Below the pieces are notes generated by a model. That model did no database searches. It had not been told where the DNA came from and saw only the letters and a program-made list of their open reading frames with translations. From Haloarculaceae archaeon (GTDB lineage Archaea; Halobacteriota; Halobacteria; Halobacteriales; Haloarculaceae): DNA of 42,912 bases. Positions 1 to 7,943 of the stretch are shown here, in pieces. Made by a program: the position numbers and the translations under genes. Position 1 is the stretch's first letter, and each line of letters begins with the position of its first letter. The stretch lies in the NCBI GenBank assembly GCA_042217765.1, contig JBDGSB010000084.1:1-42912 (forward strand), read 5' to 3'.

Positions 1-532
1 CATCGACGAGTGCTCCCTCAGCGTCAGTAGTGTTGTCCCCGACCTCCATTTCGAGGTCAACTTCTTCGACAGTGGTCGTGCGATTGAGCTTCACCGAGTA
101 CTGACCCTGGTACTCGTCAGTAACGACGTTTCCGAGACGGTAGACGCGATCTTCGTGGAGGTCGGAGAGGTCTGACTTGGCCCAAGCAGTGAACTTGATC
201 GTGCCGGTTTCGTCCCCGAGTAATCCGACTTGGCCGATAGCGTCGCTCCGTGGCTCCCAGAGTTCGACGACTTTGGCGGTTACGTCTACCCATTGGTCGG
301 CCTCGTTGATGTCGGCGAGGTCAACCTCCTGGTTGCCGCTCTGGAGATCATCAGGATCGGCACCAGTTTCATCGAGATAGTTGCTGATGACACTCCGCCG
401 TGCTTCGTCCATCGGGACTTGGTAGTCGTTGACGAGCGTGTCGAGACGCTCCTCAATGTCGTCAATAGTTACGTCGGCATCGCCGGGTAGCTGGTCGTGG
501 ATGTCTTGTGCGTGTTGAACTACGTCGGTCAT
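1..532 (-). CDS. RPA-like ssDNA-binding (OB-fold) protein, 5' part only. The gene runs off the left edge of the window.
   Basis: Minus-strand ORF with ATG at 532..530 and no stop before position 1. The translation MTDVVQHAQDIHDQ...VDVTAKVVELWEPRSDAIGQVGLLGDETGTIKFTAWAKSD shows an OB-fold pattern typical of archaeal RPA and provirus RPA. Codon usage is GC3-rich. Confidence 0.55.
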   Translation of the reverse strand, partial: MTDVVQHAQDIHDQLPGDADVTIDDIEERLDTLVNDYQVPMDEARRSVISNYLDETGADPDDLQSGNQEVDLADINEADQWVDVTAKVVELWEPRSDAIGQVGLLGDETGTIKFTAWAKSDLSDLHEDRVYRLGNVVTDEYQGQYSVKLNRTTTVEEVDLEMEVGDNTTDAEGALVD

Positions 533-689
533 GGCGTATCTCTCTCCGCGTTGTTTCGGTGGGAGATACGTGGCTGTACCAACGGGCGGGGCTAAAACGT
601 ATCGTGACCGGAGTGAAAGTAGCAGTAGTGTCATTCAGCTTGTCGGACATGCCACCGAAGCTACAGAGAGATAAAAAAGAAGACTGCTC

Positions 690-1778
690 TTAGCCCATCT
701 TGTCGAGTGCGTCCTTGCGGTCCTCAACAGGCACTTGGTCGTACTTCAGGGTAGTCTCGACTGCCTTGTGCCGAAGCTGGGCCTTCGCCGCCGCGAGATC
801 ACGCTCCTTCGTCATGTACGTCCCAACGCTGTGGCGGATACTGTACCACGACATACTCCTATCTTCGTGCTCGATGCCAGCACGCTCACAGAGATCGATC
901 AGTAGTCGTCTGAGTTCGTTCGATCCATAGCGGTTCCCGTGTCGTGTGAGCCAGATTTTATCGGAGTCATCGTACTTCGGATGGTCTGCTCGTTCCTCCA
1001 GCCACCGCTCAAGTGCGGTCGCTGTCCGGTCAGTAAGTCCAACTGTCCAGTTACCCTGGTTCTTGCTCGACTCTTCACGCGGAATCCGCAACACACCATT
1101 TTCGGTATCACACCACGACACCTTCGCGGTCCCGACCTCGATTGGACGTAGACCGGCGTCGAGACTGGTCCACACGAGCGAGGTGTACCGCCAGCTATTG
1201 GCTTTCTCGTCAAACTCGTCAACGCCGTAGTTGGGGTTCCCGTCCTTGTCGAGTGCGGCCTGACGGATCTTTCGTCGTTCTTCTTGTGTCAAGAAGTCCC
1301 GTGGTGCGTTGTTGCCGCCACCGCTCTTGAACGTCCACTGAAACTCCCACTCATCGGTTCCGTGGTGCTGTTGGAGCCACTTGTTGTAGCGGAGCAAGGC
1401 CTCCATCCGCTTGCCCTTCGTTGACTCGACGACATCTTCGTACGCGACCTTCTCCATGTACGCGGTAGCGTCTTCTTGGGTCGGCGGGATACTGTAACCG
1501 CCCCGATTCTTCCAACGCCACAGATCGAACCGCGCAGTTCTATCAGCGGTCCCTGCAACCGTGTAGGGTGAGTATCCCTTTGCCTTCTCTGGGTTCTTTC
1601 CGATTCGGAAAAGCCACGTCAGGAACTTCTTGCGGTGTTCGTAGTAGTCAACAGCCTGCTTATCGGTTAAGAAGTCCAACTGGCCTTTCCGGACGATTCT
1701 GATGTTTCTATTCGGTTCCATTCGCATTGTATCGAAACCGGGACAGCGTTCGAGGAATCTTGGCCTTTCGAGGGTCAT
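690..1778 (-). CDS. tyrosine-type site-specific integrase (XerC/D/phage integrase family)
   Basis: 362-aa ORF. Its C-terminal catalytic region has R...HRH...Y motifs (WYSIRHSVGTYM ... LRHKAVETTLKY). It lies about 50 bp from the 3' end of a tRNA. Confidence 0.9.
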   Translation of the reverse strand: MTLERPRFLERCPGFDTMRMEPNRNIRIVRKGQLDFLTDKQAVDYYEHRKKFLTWLFRIGKNPEKAKGYSPYTVAGTADRTARFDLWRWKNRGGYSIPPTQEDATAYMEKVAYEDVVESTKGKRMEALLRYNKWLQQHHGTDEWEFQWTFKSGGGNNAPRDFLTQEERRKIRQAALDKDGNPNYGVDEFDEKANSWRYTSLVWTSLDAGLRPIEVGTAKVSWCDTENGVLRIPREESSKNQGNWTVGLTDRTATALERWLEERADHPKYDDSDKIWLTRHGNRYGSNELRRLLIDLCERAGIEHEDRSMSWYSIRHSVGTYMTKERDLAAAKAQLRHKAVETTLKYDQVPVEDRKDALDKMG

Positions 1779-1830
1779 TTGCGGTGTTTTCGGGTCGTTG
1801 GACAGACCGAAAACCGCAAGAAGGCGGTAG

Positions 1831-1915
1831 TGCGCGGGACCGGATTCGAACCGGCGGACCCCTACGGGACAGCGTCCTAAGCGCTGCGCCTTTGGCCTGG
1901 CTCGGCAACCCGCGC
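1831..1915 (-). tRNA. tRNA-Leu (anticodon UAG), 85 nt with a long variable arm. CCA is not encoded.
   Basis: The reverse complement GCGCGGGTTGCCGAGCCAGGCCAAAGGCGCAGCGCTTAGGACGCTGTCCCGTAGGGGTCCGCCGGTTCGAATCCGGTCCCGCGCA folds as a cloverleaf. It has a 7-bp acceptor stem, anticodon loop CUUAGGA, a CCC/GGG variable stem and a GGTTCGAAT T-loop. Confidence 0.85.
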
Positions 1916-1992
1916 TCGGAGACGGGTTTTGGCGAGGCGGATATAAAATTCTCGTTTCCGGCGGAGCGGTTTTGTCGCTGTAGCCACAATGG

Positions 1993-2307
1993 GTGGGCGT
2001 GTACAGCGCACGCGACCAGGTGGCAAACGAGCAGTGGCTCGCCGAACTCGGGGAGGCCGCCGAGCAACTCGGCGTCGACGCGCGGGTTCGCTCGCGAGCG
2101 ACGGACCTGTTTCTGTCCCACGTGCCCGAAGACGAGCGGTCGAAGCGGGCGGTGCTGGCGGCGAGCCTCTACGTGGCGACGCTGGCGGAGGGCGACCGTC
2201 GGTCCCAAACGGCGGTTGCGGACGCGGTGGGGGTCTCGCGGCTGACGATACAGCAGCGCTGGAAGGAATTGCTCGAATCGACGGGGTTGGAGCCGCCGAC
2301 GTGGTGA
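1993..2307 (+). CDS. TFB (TFIIB)-like protein consisting only of the C-terminal cyclin repeat with the HTH. GTG start. Possibly a gene remnant.
   Basis: 104-aa ORF. ...RAVLAASLYVATLAEGDRRSQTAVADAVGVSRLTIQQRWKELLESTGL matches the second cyclin fold and recognition helix of archaeal TFB. No N-terminal Zn ribbon or B-reader is present. An in-frame stop lies 9 nt upstream of the GTG. Confidence 0.45.
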   Translation: MGVYSARDQVANEQWLAELGEAAEQLGVDARVRSRATDLFLSHVPEDERSKRAVLAASLYVATLAEGDRRSQTAVADAVGVSRLTIQQRWKELLESTGLEPPTW

Positions 2308-2858
2308 CGTTCGCACTGCCGTCTCGACGGGCGTGTCCTCGGCCACGCGGTCGCGGGCGCTAGCGCCGGTTCTCCCTCGTCCCGGCGGAGCGAGCGGACG
2401 CCCTCGGAGGGCGTCTCTACGGGAAATCCGATGAACGGTCCGGTGTCGGCGAGAACGCGTTGCACGTGCCGGCACGTGATTATGTACTGCGGTGCAGGGC
2501 GCTAAAACCTCGCCGTTCACGGCGGGGATACAGCGCCAGTCATCGTCTCCTTCCACTGTGCGCCAAAGGTTTACATCTCATCGCGTAGTATGAGAGGATG
2601 TGCGCGGAAAACTGGCAGTTGACTCGGTGTTTGCCTCACCAAAACGTAAGCCGACCGCGCCGACTGTCGTTAAACAATCAGGTAACTCGAAGCCCTCAAC
2701 GGGGACGAGTAACGGCTTCGTGGCAAAGCCAGTGGCCGACAGTCCACGAACCTTAGATTCCCAACCATCCGAATCGACGGGAGTAACATAGGTACCTCGG
2801 GAAGCGTCGCCCTTTAGGGCGGCGAGGGTGTCACGTTGCCGTCGACCGACGATCGAGT

Positions 2859-3245
2859 ATGGAGTTTCATCACGCCGGCATCGCCACTCGCGAGGCGGAC
2901 GCGCTCGTGGACCTGTACGGGGAGTTGCTAGACGCTCCGCTCGTCCACGAAGAAGAGATCGACGACCTGCGCGTGGTCTTTCTCGACGTCGGCGGCAGTT
3001 ACTTCGAACTGCTCGAACCGCTCGACGAGGACGGGACGGTCGCGCGCTATCTCGACGGGAACGGCCCCGGCGTCCACCACCTCGCGCTCGCGACGGACGA
3101 CGTCGCGGCCGCGCTCGACGCCGCTCGACGGGCCGGCGTCGAGTGCATCGACGACCGGCCGCGACCCGGTGCCTGGGGCCACGACGTGGCGTTCCTCCAT
3201 CCGAAATCCACCGGCGGCGTCCTGATCGAGTTCGTCGAGGCGTAG
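2859..3245 (+). CDS. mce: methylmalonyl-CoA epimerase (VOC/glyoxalase family)
   Basis: 128 aa. HHAGIATREAD...YFELLEPLDEDGTVARYLDGNGPGVHHLALATDD...GAWGHDVAFLHPKSTGGVLIEFVE matches MCE conserved blocks. Confidence 0.85.
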   Translation: MEFHHAGIATREADALVDLYGELLDAPLVHEEEIDDLRVVFLDVGGSYFELLEPLDEDGTVARYLDGNGPGVHHLALATDDVAAALDAARRAGVECIDDRPRPGAWGHDVAFLHPKSTGGVLIEFVEA

Positions 3246-3319
3246 CCCCGCGACCGGAACGGGTGGGCTTTCGCATCGCTACCGAACACTAATTTGGTGG
3301 GGGGCGCAAGTACCTGCAG

Positions 3320-4456
3320 ATGGTCCCCGCCCTGTCCGACGCCCAACTGCGAACCCTGCTAGAGTGGTCGCCCGGCGTCATTTTCGTCATCGACGGCGAC
3401 GGGACGTTGCGATACGTCACTCCCTCCTCGAAGCATCTCCTCGGGTGCGATCCCGGCGACCTCTGTGGCAGCACCCTCGACGAGTACGTCCATCCCGACG
3501 ACCGGGACGCGGTCGAGGCGGCCGTCGCCGACTTCGACGGGGAGGCGACCCACCCCGACGTCGACGTTCGCGTCCGGGACGGCGACGACGCCTGGACGTG
3601 GCTCGAACTGGCCTCGATCCGCCCGTCCGGTCCGTCCCGCAACGGCGTCGTCCTGGTCACGCGTCCCGCCGCCGAGCGGAAAGCCCACGAGCGGACGATC
3701 GAACGCCTCTCGGTGGTCAACCGCGTCCTCCGACACGACCTCCGGAACGACGTCCACGTCGTCCTGAACTGGCTCGACGGCCTCGCGAGCGAACTGGCCG
3801 ACGAGGCCGACGAGACGCCACTGGATCGGATTCGAAACGCCGCCCGCCACATGGTCGCACTCACCGAGGAGGCCCGCGACTACGAGGAGACCGTCCTCAC
3901 CGACGAGGAGACGGGAGCGCCCGGTCGGCTGGCACCGGTCGTCGAGCGCGTCGTCGAGCGGCGGCGCGAACTGTACCCCGAGGCCACCGTCGCCGTCGAG
4001 GAGCCACCCGCGGTGACCGTCGCGGTCCACGACGTGCTCGACAGCGTCTTTCGGAACCTGCTGAACAACGCCGTCCAGCACAACGACCGCGAGCATCCGG
4101 CCGTCGCGGTGACCTTCGAAGAGACCGACGAGAGCGTCCTCGTCAGAGTCGCAGACGACGGTCCGGGCATCTCCGACGAGCGGAAACGGGCCCTCGTTCC
4201 CGACGACCGGCACGGTATCGACGGACCCGGTGTCGACGGGACCGGCGGTCCGAGCGGAACCGGCGTCGACACCGCAGAAACGGGCGTCGGCCTCACCATC
4301 GTCACCCAGGTCGTCGACGCGGTCGGCGGCGACGTCCGGATCGAGGACAAGGCACCCGCGGACCCGCCACGGACCGACGACGAGTCCCGCGGGACGGTCT
4401 TCGTCGTCGAGTTACCGACCGCGGGCGGCGACTACGTCGACCGTCTCATCGGCTAA
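3320..4456 (+). CDS. PAS-domain sensor histidine kinase
   Basis: 378 aa. An N-terminal PAS domain (GVIFVIDGDGTLRYVTPSS...), an H-box (RVLRHDLRNDVHVV), an N-box (LLNNAVQHN) and a G-box (VADDGPGISD...GVGLTIV). Confidence 0.85.
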   Translation: MVPALSDAQLRTLLEWSPGVIFVIDGDGTLRYVTPSSKHLLGCDPGDLCGSTLDEYVHPDDRDAVEAAVADFDGEATHPDVDVRVRDGDDAWTWLELASIRPSGPSRNGVVLVTRPAAERKAHERTIERLSVVNRVLRHDLRNDVHVVLNWLDGLASELADEADETPLDRIRNAARHMVALTEEARDYEETVLTDEETGAPGRLAPVVERVVERRRELYPEATVAVEEPPAVTVAVHDVLDSVFRNLLNNAVQHNDREHPAVAVTFEETDESVLVRVADDGPGISDERKRALVPDDRHGIDGPGVDGTGGPSGTGVDTAETGVGLTIVTQVVDAVGGDVRIEDKAPADPPRTDDESRGTVFVVELPTAGGDYVDRLIG

Positions 4457-4467
4457 CGGTCCGGTCG

Positions 4468-4668
4468 CTAGAAGTCCGGTCCGCGCTCGCCCGGATCGCC
4501 GTGGGCGACGATCATGTACGCGACGCTTCCGACGGCCACCGCCAGCGCCACTCCACCGACGAGATAGTTCAGCCCGGTGGTCGGGAACGGCCGCACTTGC
4601 AGGACGAGCAGACCCACGACGAGCCCGACTGCGGTCAGCGCGTACGGGAGCACTCGTGTCTCTCTCAC
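4468..4668 (-). CDS. small two-helix membrane protein
   Basis: 66 aa with two hydrophobic helices. Its GTG start overlaps the stop of the upstream HEAT-like gene (GTGA), so it is the last gene of that operon. Confidence 0.45.
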   Translation of the reverse strand: MRETRVLPYALTAVGLVVGLLVLQVRPFPTTGLNYLVGGVALAVAVGSVAYMIVAHGDPGERGPDF

Positions 4669-5420
4669 TGTCGGCCGTACAGTCGCTCGACTCTGTCGGC
4701 GACGTCGCGGACGCGTTCCTTGCGGTCAGCGTCGAGGTCGCCGTCGGTCGGGACGACCTCGAGCTGGTCGACCAGTGCGTCGAGGTCTTCGCGGACCTCT
4801 CGATAGCTGTCGCTTGCTACCTGCTCGTCGGCCACGAAGTCCCGGAGTTCGGCCGCCCGCCGCCGGCAGGCCGCGGGCGATTCGTCGGCCGCGGCTGCGA
4901 GGTGTTCGGCCAGCGAGACGCCGAGGTAGTCCCCGTCGCCAGTCTCGTTCGAACCACCGGTTCCGTCGGCGTCGCTGGCGAGGTCCGACAGCCGTCGTCG
5001 GGCGCGCTCGCGTTCGTCCTCGCGGGTGGCCTCCTCGGCGATCGACTCGAGGGTTTCCTCGATGCGTTCGCGCTCGTTCGGGGCCTCCCGGTGGAGTCGC
5101 CGGAGCACGTCGATGGCGCTCTCGCGCTCGCCGGAGAACGTCGCGTCGGTCGCCACCGCCGCGAACGTCCCGACGGCCACCTCGGCCGCGGTCGAGGGGT
5201 CGGCCTCGAAACACGACAGGAGCTTCTCGCGTGCCAGTTCCCGTTCGGACCGATTGGACGACTCCAGGACGACCTCCCGGAACGTCTCTAGAATCTCCCG
5301 GCGACCCTCGGCGTCGACGTCCTCGTAGACGGCCGCCAGTTCCTCGATGGCCGACTCCCGGTCCCTGGAGTAGGGGGATTCGAGCGCGGTCTCGCGGTGC
5401 GTGCGAACGACGTCGGTCAT
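4665..5420 (-). CDS. acidic HEAT/PBS-lyase-like repeat protein
   Basis: 251 aa. Repeated ~30-aa units (ERESAIEELAAV..., ERESAIDVLRRL..., ERERARRRLSDL...). Its ATG at 5420..5418 overlaps the TGA of the upstream gene (ATGA), indicating translational coupling. Confidence 0.6.
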   Translation of the reverse strand: MTDVVRTHRETALESPYSRDRESAIEELAAVYEDVDAEGRREILETFREVVLESSNRSERELAREKLLSCFEADPSTAAEVAVGTFAAVATDATFSGERESAIDVLRRLHREAPNERERIEETLESIAEEATREDERERARRRLSDLASDADGTGGSNETGDGDYLGVSLAEHLAAAADESPAACRRRAAELRDFVADEQVASDSYREVREDLDALVDQLEVVPTDGDLDADRKERVRDVADRVERLYGRQ

Positions 5421-7243
5421 AGCTCGGTGCCACACTCCATGCAGAAGGCGTCGTCCGGCTGGACGTCAGACCCGCACTCCGGACAGGCGGCCGTCGGTCC
5501 GTCGGTGCTGTCGGCGCCTGCGTTGTCGTCGCCACCGCTTCCGCCACCACCGTCACCGCCACCGTTTCCGCCACCACCGTCACCGCCGCCCTGGACGATG
5601 GTTGTGTCCCCGGAGTCGCTCGCGCCCGAATCGGAGACGATGACGTTGTCTGAGGTGTCCTCGGCGGCGGCCTTGCCGGTGTCGCCCATGTTGTCCATCG
5701 CGGACTCGGTGGTCTCTTGCATCCGGTCCATGGAGTCCTCGACGACGTCTTTCATCTCCTCGCGGAACTCCTTTTGGTCCTCGACGCGCTGGCGCTCCTT
5801 CTCGGCCTTGTTGGCCTCCTGGCGTGCCTTCGCCAGTTCGTCGCTCTCGCGGGCCCCCAGCGAGTCCAGTTGGTCGGCGTCTAAGTCTTCGGCGGCCTCC
5901 ATCTTCGCGATCTCGTCGATGGCGTCGCTGGTCTCGTCCATGCTCGCCAGCGTCGAGGCGTCGACGTCGTCGCGGGCGTCGAGACGTTCCTTCTCGACCT
6001 CGGCTTCGTGTTCCTCCTTGTGCATTTCCATTTCCTGCTCGCGTTCCTCCTTGTCGAGTTTCTGCTCGTCCTTCTTGCGCTTGAGGTCCACCAGATCCTC
6101 CATCTCGTTCATGTCCTGTTCGTGTTCGAGGTCCCGGCGCTGGACTTCGCCCTCCTTGCGCGTCGTGGCCGTCTCCTGTTCGTGCTCGACGTCCTCGCGC
6201 TCGGCCCGGTGCTCGTGGCGACGCTCCATGTCGTCGATTTCGTGATCCTGCTCGACGGCCTGCTTCTCGACCTCGTGATCGGCCGCCTGTTCGGCGGACT
6301 CGACGCGGGTCTGTTCCCGGGTCTCGTGGATCTCGTGTTCGCTCTCGCGCTCGCGGGCCTGCTTGTCGAGTTCCAGCTCCTCGTCTTTCAGCTCCTCCGT
6401 CGCACGGCGCTTTTCCAGTTGCGTCCGCTCCTCGCGGACGTCCTGGCGGTCGTCGTCGAAAGTAAGCGACCGCAACGCGACCAGCGCGAGTCCATACCGT
6501 TCGAGCGTCGACCGAAGCTGGTGTTCGACGTCCTGTTGCAGGTCGCGTTTCAGCGTCCGGGTGCCATATAGGTCGTCTAGCCGCTGGTCGGCCACCGTCG
6601 CCTGGATCTCGTCGGCGACGGCGTCGCCGAGCACCTCGTCGAAGGTGGCGGCGGTGACGACGTCCCGGTCGGCCATCAGGCCCGTGAACAGCAACTCGGG
6701 GTCGTCGATGGCGACGACGAACTCCACGTCGGCCCCGACGAGGACGTCGCCGGCCGTCCGGAGGTCGTCTAACCCCATCGTGATGGGCGTGTCGCCAGTC
6801 TCGACGAGGATGGCACTGTACTCACGCTTGCGCCGGAGGTCCGTCAGCCGCTGGCCGAGCGTATCGAGCGTGTGTTTGCCGGGACCGATCTCGGCGGTCA
6901 CCTCGCCGTGTTCGAGCAACAGTGCGCGGTTGCCCGCCTCGATTTCGATCTCCTGTTTGCCCCGCAAGCGATCGAGTAGCCCGTCGCCCTGGAGGTCGGA
7001 CCCGCCGATGCGGCGGGCGAACTCGTGGGACTGCAGGCGGAGCGCGTCGCCGGCGTCGGCCCCGGACTCCGCCTGGCGCTTGCTCGTGTCGCGGAGGTTC
7101 TCGCCACAGCCCGGACAGAACTTCGCGTCGGCTTCGACCGACCGGCCGCAGTTGGGACACGACGATCCGACGGACGCGCCGCAGTTGGCGCAGAACTCGG
7201 CGTCGGCCGGCAGGCTCTCGCCGCACTCCGGACAGCTAGGCAC
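5417..7243 (-). CDS. zinc-ribbon / SPFH (band-7, flotillin-like) / long coiled-coil protein with a Gly-rich linker and a C-terminal zinc ribbon. GTG start.
   Basis: 608 aa. Two N-terminal CxxC-x-CxxC ribbons (CPECG..CANCG, CPNCG..CPGCG). Residues ~100-260 have an SPFH-like beta/alpha pattern (ILVETGDTPITMGLDDLRTAGDVLVGADVEFVVAIDDPELLF...). An E/K/R/D-rich predicted coiled coil of ~250 aa follows, then GGGDGGGGNGGGDGGGGSGG, then CPECGSDVQPDDAFCMECG. Confidence 0.7.
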   Translation of the reverse strand: MPSCPECGESLPADAEFCANCGASVGSSCPNCGRSVEADAKFCPGCGENLRDTSKRQAESGADAGDALRLQSHEFARRIGGSDLQGDGLLDRLRGKQEIEIEAGNRALLLEHGEVTAEIGPGKHTLDTLGQRLTDLRRKREYSAILVETGDTPITMGLDDLRTAGDVLVGADVEFVVAIDDPELLFTGLMADRDVVTAATFDEVLGDAVADEIQATVADQRLDDLYGTRTLKRDLQQDVEHQLRSTLERYGLALVALRSLTFDDDRQDVREERTQLEKRRATEELKDEELELDKQARERESEHEIHETREQTRVESAEQAADHEVEKQAVEQDHEIDDMERRHEHRAEREDVEHEQETATTRKEGEVQRRDLEHEQDMNEMEDLVDLKRKKDEQKLDKEEREQEMEMHKEEHEAEVEKERLDARDDVDASTLASMDETSDAIDEIAKMEAAEDLDADQLDSLGARESDELAKARQEANKAEKERQRVEDQKEFREEMKDVVEDSMDRMQETTESAMDNMGDTGKAAAEDTSDNVIVSDSGASDSGDTTIVQGGGDGGGGNGGGDGGGGSGGDDNAGADSTDGPTAACPECGSDVQPDDAFCMECGTEL

Positions 7244-7255
7244 GCTCGTTCACCC

Positions 7256-7316
7256 CAGTTCGGTCGGGCCGGCAGTTCGTTCGGCCGGGCCAGCAGTTCG
7301 TTCGGTCGGGCCGGCA
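7256..7316. repeat. tandem ~21-bp repeat x3 (AGTTCGTTCGGYCGGGCCRGC) immediately upstream of the GTG start of the SPFH gene
   Basis: Direct reading: cagttcggtcgggccggc / agttcgttcggccgggccagc / agttcgttcggtcgggccggc. Confidence 0.7.
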
Positions 7317-7374
7317 ATCCGTCGGTGTGCGCGATACGTCCGCCATCTCCGTTCGGTCGTGCATGGTGATTACC

Positions 7375-7896
7375 TCATTTCAGTCCGTGCAGGTAGTCCT
7401 GGCGCCGGTCGAAGGCACGCTCGACGTCCTCGAACAGGGAGCGACACGCGTGCAGTTCGTCGGTTATCGGCGCGCCGGTGCGAGCGGCCGCCCGCACTTT
7501 CTCGGCCCGCGTCACCAGGTCTTCGCCGTCTTCGACGAGCGTCGCGTCGTGTTCGACGACGGCGACGAGGTCGCTCTCCTCGTCGGCGCTGAACTCCCGC
7601 AGGCCGCCACCGTCGCCGCCAGCGTTCTCGACCCGGCGCGCGAACGTCTCGACGTCGTCGGTCAGGTCGCCGATTGCGGCCACGTCGTCGCGTCTGTCGT
7701 CGTCGTAGCAGGCGTCGCTGGCGTCTTTCAGGACGCCCCTGGCCGCACCGAGGTCGCGTTCGAGTTTCTCCCTGAGCGTTCGGTCGGTCTCGCTCCAGGC
7801 GTCCCGGCTCCGGTAGTCGTAGCCGGGAATCGTCCGGCGCAAGACGGCACTGTTGGCCGAGAGCGCGTCGTCGTCGATGTCGTCGAGCAGTCCCAT
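7375..7896 (-). CDS. acidic hypothetical protein
   Basis: 173 aa starting at the internal ATG (MGLLDDIDDD...). The longer ORF back to 7956 would overlap the upstream AAA gene. It lies 47 bp downstream of the Vps4-like gene on the same strand. Confidence 0.55.
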   Translation of the reverse strand: MGLLDDIDDDALSANSAVLRRTIPGYDYRSRDAWSETDRTLREKLERDLGAARGVLKDASDACYDDDRRDDVAAIGDLTDDVETFARRVENAGGDGGGLREFSADEESDLVAVVEHDATLVEDGEDLVTRAEKVRAAARTGAPITDELHACRSLFEDVERAFDRRQDYLHGLK

Positions 7897-7943
7897 TGTG
7901 AGCCGTGTGCTAGCGTTTCGCTTTCGGATACATGATTGTTTTG

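Noticed and set aside
2308-2858. Tested whether the GC-poor spacer is RNase P RNA or SRP (7S) RNA
   Set aside because: Neither the P4 strands (GGAAAGUCCGGGC / ACAGAANCCGGCUUA) nor the SRP helix-8 motif (GGAAGGAAGCAGC-like) is present on either strand. Only a partial CGGCTTAC match was found.
3364-4806. 480-aa Arg/Pro-rich ORF, and the similar long R/P/G-rich ORFs at 1708-2556, 2578-3276, 11274-12908, 15452-16699, 20069-22369, 25977-28193 and 36376-37968
   Set aside because: They overlap well-supported genes in other frames or on the opposite strand. Their Arg/Pro/Gly-rich basic composition is the classic shadow-ORF signature of high-GC DNA, opposite to the acidic proteome of a halophile.
5417-7243. 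ATG start for the SPFH gene
   Set aside because: The codon at 7243-7241 is GTG, with an in-frame TGA 6 nt upstream. There is no in-frame ATG before the Zn ribbons, so the GTG start is accepted.
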